From: a virus
Virus record (IMG/VR): IMGVR_UViG_3300022554_000002
Span: 64,001 to 128,000 of that record
Strand: one strand, 5' to 3'
Length of the DNA: 64,000 nt
Shown here in pieces: positions 17,060 through 27,023 of this stretch. The notes under the pieces were generated by a model. It did no database searches, was not told the origin of the DNA, and worked only from the letters and a program-made list of their open reading frames with translations. Position 1 is the stretch's first letter. Each line of letters begins with the position of its first letter. A program made the position numbers and the translations under genes.

Positions 17060-20029
17060 CTAATCTCTCTTATTCGGTGGTAAGTTAGGATCATAATCAA
17101 TTGCTGTTTGATCCAAAGTCTCGCAACTAAATTGTGAAGTCAATAATAAATCACTGACATTAATAGACAAATTATGTGCAGCCACAATTACATCCATTCC
17201 ATTCACACCTGTTTCATCTCTACCAGATTCATCTATAGTAATTACATGATATGGAAATACTTCTGGATGTCCCCAAGACTCAAAGTTTTCCACACCCCTG
17301 TATCTAATAGACCTACGAAGCATTTCACTTGCTGCTAATTGTAATAATCGCACATCTTCCCATTTAGGATTTCTCATAAATGCTGCGCGTCTCCACGGAC
17401 AGTGTGCAAAATCAGTCTGGTCATTAGGCCAACCAGCCTTAGCCCCAACAGAAATATGTGGTGACCATTGCCCCTTTTCACCACCGGGAGTACCAATTTT
17501 AGGACCAAGCCACGTAAGCCCTTGTAAAAACACATAGTTACGAGTATCAGCAGTATTGTATTCTACATTCATATTTCGAGTTATTTCATTAAAATCACCA
17601 CAATCTGATACTTCTTTAAAAGTTTTACTAATATTATCAACAATAAGCTTTGGTGGACCATAAACAAGATTACCCCAATTATTAAAATACATATACCAAT
17701 TAGAGAAGGATCGTATTTCTTCCATACAACTCCAAATTGGAGTACCCATTTGGAATGCATAATTTGGTGAATCACCCGCCATAATCAATGCCATAGGCAA
17801 TCGCATATGTAAATAATCTGAAGATATGCCCTGCTGATTAGGAGTAAAGGATTGGTTAACATGTCCCTCAAAACAACCACCTTGCATGATTTGAGAATTA
17901 CCAGTTAACAAACTAGCAATAGTAGTACCATTACCAGTTACAGGATCTTGGTAAAGATAAAATTCATCATCTGCCAAGCCAGCATAACGTGCAAGATAAT
18001 ACATAGCTGCAAGGTGGCACCAACCATCGAAAAAGGGCAAGTTTACAGCATATTGCTCTTTCAACTTCTTGCTTCTATCTTCACAGGTTAATTCAACAGT
18101 TGATTGAGATACACCAGAACGTGTATATTTGTAATTAGTCACATAACCAGTAAAAACACGATACAATAAATTATTGTATCCTAATTCTATCTTAATAGGT
18201 TTGATACCAGTAAATGTATCCCGTCCTTCACGGTGAGTATATTTACCACCAGATGCATATTGGCAATTTGCTGAATCACGCCTGTTATTCAAAGTAATAC
18301 TTGCTGAAGAACCTTCCACTGCCTGACTGACATTAATATTCAAAAGATCACAGTTATCAATATCTGGATTAGGACTATAATTTATAGTTTCTAAATTCTG
18401 TAAGAAAAATATTTGAGACATGTATACAGCAGGAGAGTAGATGCTGTTTATTGCTGCTTTCATAAACTCATCTCCTGTTGCTCCAATAGTAGGAACTATA
18501 TTAGGAGATAATTTAATTTTATACAAATAAGAACCAGTACCAGCACTTAACAACTCGTAATCAATTTTACAACCTTTCAAATAATCATACAATTTATCTT
18601 TGTCATTTGGATCAGGAAACTCTATTGTTCCTGTTCCACGTGAGCCAACTCCGTACTTTCCTACGTAATGAACGTTTACCACAGTATTATCTGGCTCTTC
18701 AGATAAACCCATAGGTGGACTAACCAACTCACCAGAATATGGATGCACAACAGGAGAGAATGCAAACGCTCCTGAACCACATCGGAAGGTCACCATTATG
18801 GGTGATTCAGGAATCATCACCGGATTAACAAGATCAAATGAGGCGACTCTATTTGTCAAGATTTTATCAGAAGTCAACTCACCTTTTAAAACATAAATAC
18901 ATGTGCCAACAGGATATATAATTAGTTTAATTTCTGAAAAATTCTCTTCAGACGTATCAACCTCTAAACTCTGTAATGGTCCTAATTGTTTGCCTTCTTG
19001 AGATAATCTAAGTTGACCTGTCTTATAAACCGTAAGAGTATAACCGCCCCAATTAATATCAATTGCAGGAACTAAAATATTAGAAGAAGATCGTTGTATA
19101 ATATCAACCTGATCTGGCTTTTTCTGGTCTGATTTCTCAAATTGATCAACTTTTGAATTAACTTCTGATTCAAGCGTACTTTCATTTTGCGTTTTATCCA
19201 ATCCAAAAAAATCATATAACGCAGTTTTCTCATCTGAAGACAATTCACCAAAACCATTAGCATTATACTTGGAAACTATGTCAGAAATAGGCCCATATTT
19301 GCCTACAAGTGTGTGTGCAACATCTGGATCGTCAAAATTAATACCCTCAGAAGCAAATTGGTCCAAATATCCTATTTGAGCCTCTGAAAATGCTCCAATT
19401 TTCAAATTTACAGCAAATGGTTGGTTCTTTTTCAACAAATTACTACTAACTAACTGTGAATTCGTCCCAACAAAAGTTCCTGCCAAAGAACACTTGGTAA
19501 TAAATGGAAAATCATAGGTATGAAACACAGAATTGTACAAACTTGACGTTGGACTCCATGTATTTACAGTCCAACCATAAGGATTATCTGAATCAGGATA
19601 TAATGCCTTTGGCATAACGCTCATACCAGCAGAAGCAGAAGCAGTGGTAAAGGCTTCAGAACCACTTGCACCATTTTTTAGGTCGGTTGTAGTCATAAAA
19701 CGTGTTGGATAAATTTTAAAGTATGGAGCAATGGGAGTACAAATCATAACACGATCAATCAATGACAAGGAATATGTATTGGTTAGAGGATTTCCAACCA
19801 TTGTATGCTTGGGAAACTGACTTTCTGGTGATGCAGATGCACTTTGTGCTGTATTTCTAATAGCATCTACTGAAATTGATGCACGAAGTGACACAGAAAT
19901 TTCAGGTTTTGCTAAAATTTGACTATAAATTTCCTTAAAAGTGGTATCTTCCACTCGTTTAACATGTTCTCTAGACACCAGTTCAACATTCACATCTGCT
20001 ACTGGTCGTTGATTAGACAAAAGTGCCAT
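17060..20029 (-). CDS. baseplate hub/tail-tip protein
   Basis: C-terminal half has ASITLNN, IKIELGY, VFTGYVT, VELTCEDRSKKL typical of hub/late-control-D-like proteins; lies downstream of the tape measure gene. Confidence 0.65.
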   Translation of the reverse strand: MALLSNQRPVADVNVELVSREHVKRVEDTTFKEIYSQILAKPEISVSLRASISVDAIRNTAQSASASPESQFPKHTMVGNPLTNTYSLSLIDRVMICTPIAPYFKIYPTRFMTTTDLKNGASGSEAFTTASASAGMSVMPKALYPDSDNPYGWTVNTWSPTSSLYNSVFHTYDFPFITKCSLAGTFVGTNSQLVSSNLLKKNQPFAVNLKIGAFSEAQIGYLDQFASEGINFDDPDVAHTLVGKYGPISDIVSKYNANGFGELSSDEKTALYDFFGLDKTQNESTLESEVNSKVDQFEKSDQKKPDQVDIIQRSSSNILVPAIDINWGGYTLTVYKTGQLRLSQEGKQLGPLQSLEVDTSEENFSEIKLIIYPVGTCIYVLKGELTSDKILTNRVASFDLVNPVMIPESPIMVTFRCGSGAFAFSPVVHPYSGELVSPPMGLSEEPDNTVVNVHYVGKYGVGSRGTGTIEFPDPNDKDKLYDYLKGCKIDYELLSAGTGSYLYKIKLSPNIVPTIGATGDEFMKAAINSIYSPAVYMSQIFFLQNLETINYSPNPDIDNCDLLNINVSQAVEGSSASITLNNRRDSANCQYASGGKYTHREGRDTFTGIKPIKIELGYNNLLYRVFTGYVTNYKYTRSGVSQSTVELTCEDRSKKLKEQYAVNLPFFDGWCHLAAMYYLARYAGLADDEFYLYQDPVTGNGTTIASLLTGNSQIMQGGCFEGHVNQSFTPNQQGISSDYLHMRLPMALIMAGDSPNYAFQMGTPIWSCMEEIRSFSNWYMYFNNWGNLVYGPPKLIVDNISKTFKEVSDCGDFNEITRNMNVEYNTADTRNYVFLQGLTWLGPKIGTPGGEKGQWSPHISVGAKAGWPNDQTDFAHCPWRRAAFMRNPKWEDVRLLQLAASEMLRRSIRYRGVENFESWGHPEVFPYHVITIDESGRDETGVNGMDVIVAAHNLSINVSDLLLTSQFSCETLDQTAIDYDPNLPPNKRD

Positions 20030-21334
20030 TTATGAAGTAAACTCCACGAACTTAAATCCCCACGGTATAGAATCTACTACAGGTTCATATTGATTATTAT
20101 CAAATTCTCCACCTAAACCGGGGTTATGAACAATATATGGAGTATTAAAAATAAACATCTTGCGTCTAAACTGACTATTGACATCTTCATCATTATCATT
20201 TTTGGTTGTTATAGTAATTAAAGCTGTGTCATACCATCCTGTAACAGCCATTAATACACGCCCAACGTTTCTTAAATCTCGTTCTCGTGTAAACGGATAA
20301 GCAGAATAGAACTCAACATTACCTGTTGTATCAGATAACCACCCAGAACGCACATTAGTCCAAAAAACCATATCAACCACCTTCGTATCAGGATCATAAT
20401 ATATATTATGATATTTGATATTATACAAAGGTGATAGCTTCTTAGCCTTCACATCAGAGACAAAAAACACAGGAAACGTAAATGTAGAATCTGTTGAAGC
20501 CGGTGTCAATTCTGTATTGTATTCCTCTGGCTCTTGAGCAAACTTTTCAGTAAATGAAGTGGCACACCACAAGCAAGAATCCACCATGTATTCTTCTTTT
20601 GCTCTACCTTCATTCGGTGGAAGATAGACGGTAAAATCAAATTCGTAATCTGATTTGGATTCACTTGAAGCTCTAAATGTTCCAGAACGATTAATGGTAA
20701 TTTTAATCTTACTTGTGTCAAATCTAATACTATCCTGTAATACATCTCTGTCCTTATTAGTAGAATTATCAACACCTTCATCAGACTCTATATCACGAAT
20801 TGTGTTATATATGGATTTATAAGATTCCAAGAAGAAAATATGTTTACACTTATCAGGAGTACGTAAAACCTGTGCACGTTTGTCTAAAATATAAGATGAA
20901 TTAGTGTCTGAATAAAAACCATCAACATCATCCTCTGTAGCTACAGCAGGAGTTTCCGGTTCTGGTTCTGATGTTGTTTGGTTATTCTCTGGACTAGCAG
21001 TAGTAGGAGTTTCACCGTCTGCACCAACACCAGTACGATCAACATCCTGTGAATATGCAGACAAGGACTCACGTTGTGCAACACTCTGATAACCGGCAAG
21101 TTCGCGTTGACGTTGATCAACGACCAATCCTGCTGCAATTTTCTGTGCAATTATGTTCGGATCGGATGAATCTGGAATAGAATTATAAACGGCAACAGCA
21201 TTAGAATATGCAGTTGATGCAGAATTATATTTTGCAATTGCTGCTTGTTTTGCAGCTTCGGCTTCAGGATCAACCTTATTACTAACATTTGTAACGGCTT
21301 TAAAATTATTTACTAATGTCGGTTTTGTTGCCAT
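20030..21334 (-). CDS. putative virion structural protein
   Basis: 434 aa, first gene of the tail-tip string. Confidence 0.5.
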   Translation of the reverse strand: MATKPTLVNNFKAVTNVSNKVDPEAEAAKQAAIAKYNSASTAYSNAVAVYNSIPDSSDPNIIAQKIAAGLVVDQRQRELAGYQSVAQRESLSAYSQDVDRTGVGADGETPTTASPENNQTTSEPEPETPAVATEDDVDGFYSDTNSSYILDKRAQVLRTPDKCKHIFFLESYKSIYNTIRDIESDEGVDNSTNKDRDVLQDSIRFDTSKIKITINRSGTFRASSESKSDYEFDFTVYLPPNEGRAKEEYMVDSCLWCATSFTEKFAQEPEEYNTELTPASTDSTFTFPVFFVSDVKAKKLSPLYNIKYHNIYYDPDTKVVDMVFWTNVRSGWLSDTTGNVEFYSAYPFTRERDLRNVGRVLMAVTGWYDTALITITTKNDNDEDVNSQFRRKMFIFNTPYIVHNPGLGGEFDNNQYEPVVDSIPWGFKFVEFTS

Positions 21335-21344
21335 TAACCACCTA

Positions 21345-21375
21345 ACAAAAAAAGCACTCCAATTGGTGGAATGCT
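21345..21375 (-). terminator. intrinsic terminator after the lysis-like cassette
   Basis: minus strand agcattcca-ccaat-tggagtgct stem (one G-U pair) followed by a 6-7 nt T tract. Confidence 0.75.
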
Positions 21376-21447
21376 TTTTAAATTACAAAATTAAGCTAAT
21401 GTATTAATAGTGCAGCCGGTTCCACCTAACCGCAAGAAAAACAATGA

Positions 21448-21702
21448 TTACTTCTCTGGTAATACTTGTGCAGACGTTTTAACTAGCTTTCTGTAAAGCT
21501 GTGGTGAAAGCACAAAATAACCAGTAACCAACTTATCAACCTCTGTAATTTTTTGCGTTGTCGTATCAACAATACGAACCCTAATAGGTCGTTCATCAAC
21601 AACCTGCATTGGTGCGTTGTCCTCTTGAACAATATAAACTCTAGCCTGCCCAAAACAACCAGAAAGAGCCAACATCAAAGAAAATACTAAAAGATATTTC
21701 AT
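21448..21702 (-). CDS. lipoprotein, o-spanin-like
   Basis: Signal peptide with lipobox LSGC; last gene of a three-gene membrane cassette. Confidence 0.6.
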   Translation of the reverse strand: MKYLLVFSLMLALSGCFGQARVYIVQEDNAPMQVVDERPIRVRIVDTTTQKITEVDKLVTGYFVLSPQLYRKLVKTSAQVLPEK

Positions 21703-21980
21703 TATTTATTATCCTCCAATAACAAATTCATTGCAGTCAATTCATTCTTACTTAATAAGGAATCTCCCTGTGTATCCAATATTAGCTGATTAGCTTTGCC
21801 CAAAGAAATTAAATCACCTTCTGCAACAGCTTCATCCAGCTTTCGATCAATAAATTTCTTTGGCGCTTCAGGTTTAAATATAGATTGTAATATTTCACCT
21901 AATACACCAGACTTGACCAACTCTTGAAATACAGCAAGCAAAATTGGCAATAAAGCTGTAAGAATTGCTCCAACACTCAT
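21702..21980 (-). CDS. membrane protein, i-spanin-like
   Basis: N-terminal TM segment (VGAILTALLPILLAVF) then helical domain; start moved to ATG 21980 after a GAGG RBS. Confidence 0.45.
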   Translation of the reverse strand: MSVGAILTALLPILLAVFQELVKSGVLGEILQSIFKPEAPKKFIDRKLDEAVAEGDLISLGKANQLILDTQGDSLLSKNELTAMNLLLEDNK

Positions 21981-22055
21981 TTTTAAAACCTCAAGCCTAG
22001 TGAGAGAATAATCCCTCACTAGGCACCATTTCCAACCTATTTAAATGTACAACAA

Positions 22056-22478
22056 CTACTTAACTTCAGGAGCAGGAGTAGTTGCAACTGGTGGAGCAAC
22101 AACAGCAGCTTCCGCTGCCTTCTTGTCTGCTTTAATCTTATCCAACTCTAACAATACCTGTTCCTTAAGATTAACAAATAAAGCCTTCGCAGCATCCGTT
22201 GGCGGTTCACCCTGATATTTTGTATATGTCTCACAGAACACTTTCATTGCAGCATCAGCCTTCTTTAGCCACGCATTCTCAACCGTGTCAGGCACGATTT
22301 TCTCTGCTGCCTTTACAGCCATAATGACATAACCAAGAATCTCACGCCGCTTTAAATCCTCTGGTGATGCAGACTTAGACCATTTAGCGTAAAGCCAAAG
22401 ACCAACCAAAACTGCTACTGCGACAATAATTGAAGGCAAACAATTAAGCAATGCCTGTCCTACTGATGCCCAATCCAT
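22056..22478 (-). CDS. holin-like protein (LL-H type)
   Basis: One N-terminal TM segment, then MAVKAAEKI..K..AA pattern. Confidence 0.55.
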   Translation of the reverse strand: MDWASVGQALLNCLPSIIVAVAVLVGLWLYAKWSKSASPEDLKRREILGYVIMAVKAAEKIVPDTVENAWLKKADAAMKVFCETYTKYQGEPPTDAAKALFVNLKEQVLLELDKIKADKKAAEAAVVAPPVATTPAPEVK

Positions 22479-22543
22479 TTTCTATCTCCTATCCTATCCT
22501 TATTGATTATACATAGGCCACACGCCCATGTCTTCCTCTATAC

Positions 22544-22571
22544 ATTATAATCTCTCACTATGATTTGTCAA
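22544..22571 (-). promoter_or_regulatory. sigma70-type promoter TTGACA-N16-TATAAT overlapping a GATTATA motif
   Basis: minus strand cTTGACA aatcatagtgagagat TATAAT. Confidence 0.75.
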
Positions 22572-22581
22572 GCATAAAAAT

Positions 22582-22704
22582 TTAATCAATCACATTTTGT
22601 AATGAGCTTAAACCCTTACCAATAATAAAAAGAATACCAAATAATATAGCTTCTAAAAATAAAACTGTACCTGCACCAATCAGAAACCAATGCCACCAAA
22701 GCAT
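22582..22704 (-). CDS. 40-aa membrane peptide (not in ORF track)
   Basis: MLWWHWFLIGAGTVLFLEAILFGILFIIGKGLSSLQNVID; GGAGG RBS; fills the gap after the tape measure gene. Confidence 0.7.
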   Translation of the reverse strand: MLWWHWFLIGAGTVLFLEAILFGILFIIGKGLSSLQNVID

Positions 22705-22716
22705 TTATAACCTCCC

Positions 22717-25700
22717 TTAAGGCTTATCTGCCTCCTTAACCAGAGTTGCTACACCATTATCAATACCTGTAATTCTAAGTGTAGTCCCATCTTGTATCTT
22801 AACACCATCATTAATTAATGATCCATACAAAGCTGTTATTGATGTTCTCTCGTCAGTTCCAGCACCAAACATCTGTGAAATCTGAGTTTGATATGTTCCA
22901 CCCTTCTTACCATATCCAGATTGACCAGTAGTATAACCAGAACCCATTGTAGCAAATTTGCTAACATCATTAGGAAATAAATAAGAACCACCGCCCAATT
23001 TACCAAAAGTAGTTTCAGTAAACATTTCAGCATATGACCGGCGTTCAAAATCTAATCTACCAGCAATTTTATTTTTTGCGCGTTCAACTTCATTTCTTGC
23101 TTCTAGTTGAGCAGCTTCGTTATTTCCCTGCATTGCAATTTCGAGTTTACGTTCTGCAACTTTTAATGCCTCTCGTTCTTGATTTAATCCTTGTCTATTT
23201 AAATCAGCAATAACACCAATAGGTGCTCGTAAAGTTTTCATACGCTCTAAACGAATATCTGTTAATTCAATATCTTTTTGAATATACATATTACGTTTTT
23301 CAACTTCATCTGTAATTTTTTTCTCAATAGTTAATTGAGTTACCAATCCCTGTGCTAACTTAATACCAGCCTCATCTTTTGGTTGATTTTGTCGTAATGC
23401 ATCTAATTTACTTTGAGCTTCAACTAATTGCAAACCTAATTGTAAACTTTTTGTATCAGCACCAAGTGCACCGTATGCTCCACGTTCCATTTGTAATATT
23501 TGTCCAGCCTGTTGTGCTTCAATTTGTTTCTTACCATAATTCTCATAATATTTAACAGCTTCGGACTGTGCTCTCACTTGTTCAGTCATCTGCTTTCTTT
23601 TTTGCGGATCAAGCTCAATATCTTTTAGTTTTTCTGCTGCTTTTAATTGATCCTGCATTAATTGCAAAATTAATTCTGGAGATTTGACATCATAAGTTTT
23701 ATAAATATTTTCTCTTGCAGATAATTCTGCTTGTGTTCCTGCAACTATTTTAGCTTGTTCATCAGCAAGAACTTGTTTTTTCTTAAGTTCCATTTCAGAT
23801 ATTTCTGCGGTTAATTTTTCAACTTCTTTTAATCCTTGTGGTGTATCTAAAGAAACTTTGCTGCGTTGTTCTTTTTTAATAGCAATATCAGCTTCAACCT
23901 GTTTCAATCTCACGGCACGTTCCATTGCTGCTGTTTCGGCAAATCCACCACCACCAGCACCAAATAATGCTGCTTGAGCCAAACCACCACGTGCGGTTAA
24001 CGCTGTTCCGGCCATTCCAACTTGAGATTTTGACTCAAGTGCAGAAATTGCCATTATTTGCGCTTGTAGTTTTTGTGCTTCTAATATTGATCTTTCTTCT
24101 TTTCTCAGTGTAGGTCCACGAGTAGCAAGTTGTCCCTCAATAGCCTTAACTTGTGTAGCTGCCTCAGAAATTATAGATTCTGCTAAACCAGCACCACCAG
24201 CACCACCATATTGAGTAGCAACTTGAATTGCTTGTTGTAATTGTCCAACACGTGCCACAGAAACCTGTTGTGCTCGTTCATAATCTTGATTAGCTTTTGT
24301 ATTTAATTCTGCACCACGTGCTAATGCTTCTGCCTGTTGTTCCTTAGCAACCCTCAAATTTTCAGTCGCCTGCTCTTCATACCGAGTTCCACGGTTATCT
24401 TTTAATGCTCTTTCAGCAGCAGCAACGGCTTCAGCTTTTGCTTCAGCTTGTTTTTGAGCCATTCGTGCTGCTGCGGCACGAACATCACCAGAAGCTACAT
24501 ATGACTCTCTTCCTGTTAAAGTGTCAACAGACTGTATAGCTTCGTCAAAACCTTTAGCTTTATAGCTTGCTGTAAAACGCTCTGCTAAAAACTGTTGCCG
24601 TATTCGTTTCTTCTCTTCTTCTGCTGCTGCCGTTTCCTGCCAAGCCATAATTCCTTCTTTAGCAGTTGTACCAACAGCACCAATGCCAGCACCAATTATT
24701 GCACCGGGAGCACCAAAAGTAGAACCAGCAGCAGCACCAGCAAGCATATTAGTTCCAAACTGACCCCAAGCACCACCCTCATTATACATATTATTTAATG
24801 CATGACCACCAGCAAATAATGCTGCACCCCCGCCAAGACCAAGTGCTGCTCTACCCCATCCAGCAAATTTTGGCATTGCATTTGATACAGTATTAAATCC
24901 TTTTCCAGTTGAATATATTGCTGCTGAACCAAGTGCTAATGGAAGATTAGAAGACATACTACTTCCAACAGTACTAGTAGCAGCACCAGCAGCACCACCA
25001 AACACAGGACCACCACGAATCATTCTTGCCTGTGCATACATTGCACCAAGAGAAAGACCTAACCCACCAGCAGTTTGTGCAACACCAACAGCTATGGGAT
25101 GATTTTGAGCAAAACCCCCCATTAACTCACCCAACTTTGCGAGAGGGGCAAATATCTCAGCTAATGTTTTTCCCAACTCAACTTTAGCGTTCGCCCAAAC
25201 AGACTGAAGTTTTTTTACCTGTATTTCAGTTTTATTTATTGAATTTTCTGTTTCATCGGGAATTTGATTAATTGCTGCTAAATAAGCAGAAACACCTTCC
25301 TTACCTGCAACCCTCATAATTTGTGATAATGTTCCAATATCTTTTGCACCTTGTTGCATAGCAACAGAAACATCTGGCATTTGCTCAGTTAATTTAACTA
25401 AAGACTGCATATAAATATCAGCATCTTTTTTATACTTTGTTGCAAATCGTTCAGAAAGCATATCAAAGTCTTTACGAAATGCCATAACAGCACCCGTAGA
25501 CTTATATAACATTGCTGTCATATTAGCTAATTCTTGACGACTATACGTTTGTGTTCGTTTTGAAAGTCGATCTACTGTTGCACTAAGCCTTTCAGCTTCA
25601 GCTTGTGTTAAAGCAATATTACGAACAAGTTTTGTATAAGTAGAATTTAAATCAATATAAGCACTAACTTTTAAATTTTGTGCTAGTCGATCAAATTTAC

Positions 25701-25794
25701 CTGCAAGATTATCAACACCAGTTACTAAATCATCTACGCTTTTTTTAGTTGTATTAATAGCTTTATTTAAATTAAGAATGTTATCTTCTGCCAA
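22717..25794 (-). CDS. tail tape measure protein
   Basis: 1025 aa, Ala/Gln-rich helical with Gly-rich hydrophobic stretches; directly after the chaperone pair; TTG start with GAGG RBS. Confidence 0.8.
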   Translation of the reverse strand: MAEDNILNLNKAINTTKKSVDDLVTGVDNLAGKFDRLAQNLKVSAYIDLNSTYTKLVRNIALTQAEAERLSATVDRLSKRTQTYSRQELANMTAMLYKSTGAVMAFRKDFDMLSERFATKYKKDADIYMQSLVKLTEQMPDVSVAMQQGAKDIGTLSQIMRVAGKEGVSAYLAAINQIPDETENSINKTEIQVKKLQSVWANAKVELGKTLAEIFAPLAKLGELMGGFAQNHPIAVGVAQTAGGLGLSLGAMYAQARMIRGGPVFGGAAGAATSTVGSSMSSNLPLALGSAAIYSTGKGFNTVSNAMPKFAGWGRAALGLGGGAALFAGGHALNNMYNEGGAWGQFGTNMLAGAAAGSTFGAPGAIIGAGIGAVGTTAKEGIMAWQETAAAEEEKKRIRQQFLAERFTASYKAKGFDEAIQSVDTLTGRESYVASGDVRAAAARMAQKQAEAKAEAVAAAERALKDNRGTRYEEQATENLRVAKEQQAEALARGAELNTKANQDYERAQQVSVARVGQLQQAIQVATQYGGAGGAGLAESIISEAATQVKAIEGQLATRGPTLRKEERSILEAQKLQAQIMAISALESKSQVGMAGTALTARGGLAQAALFGAGGGGFAETAAMERAVRLKQVEADIAIKKEQRSKVSLDTPQGLKEVEKLTAEISEMELKKKQVLADEQAKIVAGTQAELSARENIYKTYDVKSPELILQLMQDQLKAAEKLKDIELDPQKRKQMTEQVRAQSEAVKYYENYGKKQIEAQQAGQILQMERGAYGALGADTKSLQLGLQLVEAQSKLDALRQNQPKDEAGIKLAQGLVTQLTIEKKITDEVEKRNMYIQKDIELTDIRLERMKTLRAPIGVIADLNRQGLNQEREALKVAERKLEIAMQGNNEAAQLEARNEVERAKNKIAGRLDFERRSYAEMFTETTFGKLGGGSYLFPNDVSKFATMGSGYTTGQSGYGKKGGTYQTQISQMFGAGTDERTSITALYGSLINDGVKIQDGTTLRITGIDNGVATLVKEADKP

Positions 25795-25809
25795 ACTACT
25801 TAAACCTCA

Positions 25810-25911
25810 TTACTTATTCCTTCGTGTATACTGAACAACATCATAAATAAATAAGCAAATACCAAGAAAACCAATTAATCCAAATCCAGCCATAGGTACT
25901 ATAATAAACAT
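25810..25911 (-). CDS. 33-aa membrane peptide (not in ORF track)
   Basis: MFIIVPMAGFGLIGFLGICLFIYDVVQYTRRNK; downstream of a consensus promoter with a GGTGG RBS-like sequence. Confidence 0.6.
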   Translation of the reverse strand: MFIIVPMAGFGLIGFLGICLFIYDVVQYTRRNK

Positions 25912-25934
25912 TGTCCACCACCCTTTCTATTCTA

Positions 25935-25963
25935 ATTATACAGTCTCAATACCCAAATGTCAA
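25935..25963 (-). promoter_or_regulatory. perfect sigma70 consensus promoter TTGACA-N17-TATAAT
   Basis: minus strand cTTGACA tttgggtattgagactg TATAAT. Confidence 0.8.
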
Positions 25964-25970
25964 GTTAAAA

Positions 25971-26345
25971 CTACAATAATTTTGTCACTTGTCTTTGCTT
26001 TCCACCCATATTTGCACTTTGTGCACTACCACTTGATGCCTTCTTCATTTCATTCGACTTATAGTTTTCAACTCCCAAATGCACCTGATAAATTTCATCA
26101 CACCATTTAGGATCACATTTTTCTAAGTCAAACTTGTTCAACCCAAGCTTATCCCAGAAGAACGTTAACCTGTTGAATTCTATAAGCCTTATAGGAACGC
26201 CCGTTGTGAATCTTTTGTCACCCTTGAGACTTAGGTACTTAAGTACCGTGTTCTCAACAGTCTCATGTTCATATTTTCCTTCTAACTTCTTTTCTTCAAT
26301 CTGCTGTTTTCTAAATAATGCTTCTACTAGGTATTTGGGGAGCAC
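25971..26345 (-). CDS. tail assembly chaperone, T-like part (C-terminus of GT frameshift product)
   Basis: In the -1 frame relative to the upstream ORF and open back to the slippery site; precedes the tape measure gene. Confidence 0.75.
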   Translation of the reverse strand: MLPKYLVEALFRKQQIEEKKLEGKYEHETVENTVLKYLSLKGDKRFTTGVPIRLIEFNRLTFFWDKLGLNKFDLEKCDPKWCDEIYQVHLGVENYKSNEMKKASSGSAQSANMGGKQRQVTKLL

Positions 26346-26381
26346 TAAGCTTTGGCTTGCTCCCCCACCAAATTTTTTCCC
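26337..26381 (-). promoter_or_regulatory. -1 programmed ribosomal frameshift signal
   Basis: Heptamer G GGA AAA (26375-26381) in the correct frame, followed after about 9 nt by an 8-bp stem GGGGAGCA/TGCTCCCC (26337-26365). Confidence 0.85.
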
Positions 26382-26965
26382 TCTTCCTCTGCTTTCTCTT
26401 TCTCAGCCTTCAACATTTCCTTCTGAATTTCCAAGGCACGAACATATGCATCATCAGGGAAAATCTTAATAAGCATTTTATTATATAAATTTGTTACAAG
26501 TTCTGGGGGATAAACATTTAATACTCGTGACATACTATCTGCACTAAGTACCACATATTGTGAATTTTCCATAGCTTTTTCAAATGATAATTTATATTTT
26601 GTGGCCTTCTTCTCGTCTGCCACCAACTCACTCAAATTCCAACCTTTGAGCAATACACGAATTCTGGCAATAATAAGAGCATTGTAATCAAACACACGCT
26701 CAATACGCATAGTCTGAGGATTAACTTTATCTATATACTGATTCATTTCAATAAGTTGTGACAGGCCAAAAGTAGGTTTTCGCCACGTGCTTCTAACACG
26801 CACAATGTGCTCTGGCAACTTGTCCTCATCTTCAACAGCATCATACTTATCATTATCATCAATAGAACTTACTACTTTTAAATTTGCTTCATCTGTAGCA
26901 TCAATGTAAGCAAATACTACAACATCTTCTTCAGTGTCCAACGACTTCAGTTTTCTCTTCGGCAT
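26345..26965 (-). CDS. tail assembly chaperone, G-like
   Basis: Lies between tail tube and tape measure genes; ends just after the slippery heptamer. Confidence 0.75.
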   Translation of the reverse strand: MPKRKLKSLDTEEDVVVFAYIDATDEANLKVVSSIDDNDKYDAVEDEDKLPEHIVRVRSTWRKPTFGLSQLIEMNQYIDKVNPQTMRIERVFDYNALIIARIRVLLKGWNLSELVADEKKATKYKLSFEKAMENSQYVVLSADSMSRVLNVYPPELVTNLYNKMLIKIFPDDAYVRALEIQKEMLKAEKEKAEEEGKNLVGEQAKA

Positions 26966-27023
26966 CTTAGGTTCTTCCTTTCGTGCCTTGGGTTAATTTA
27001 TTACATCCCATCTATATATAATC

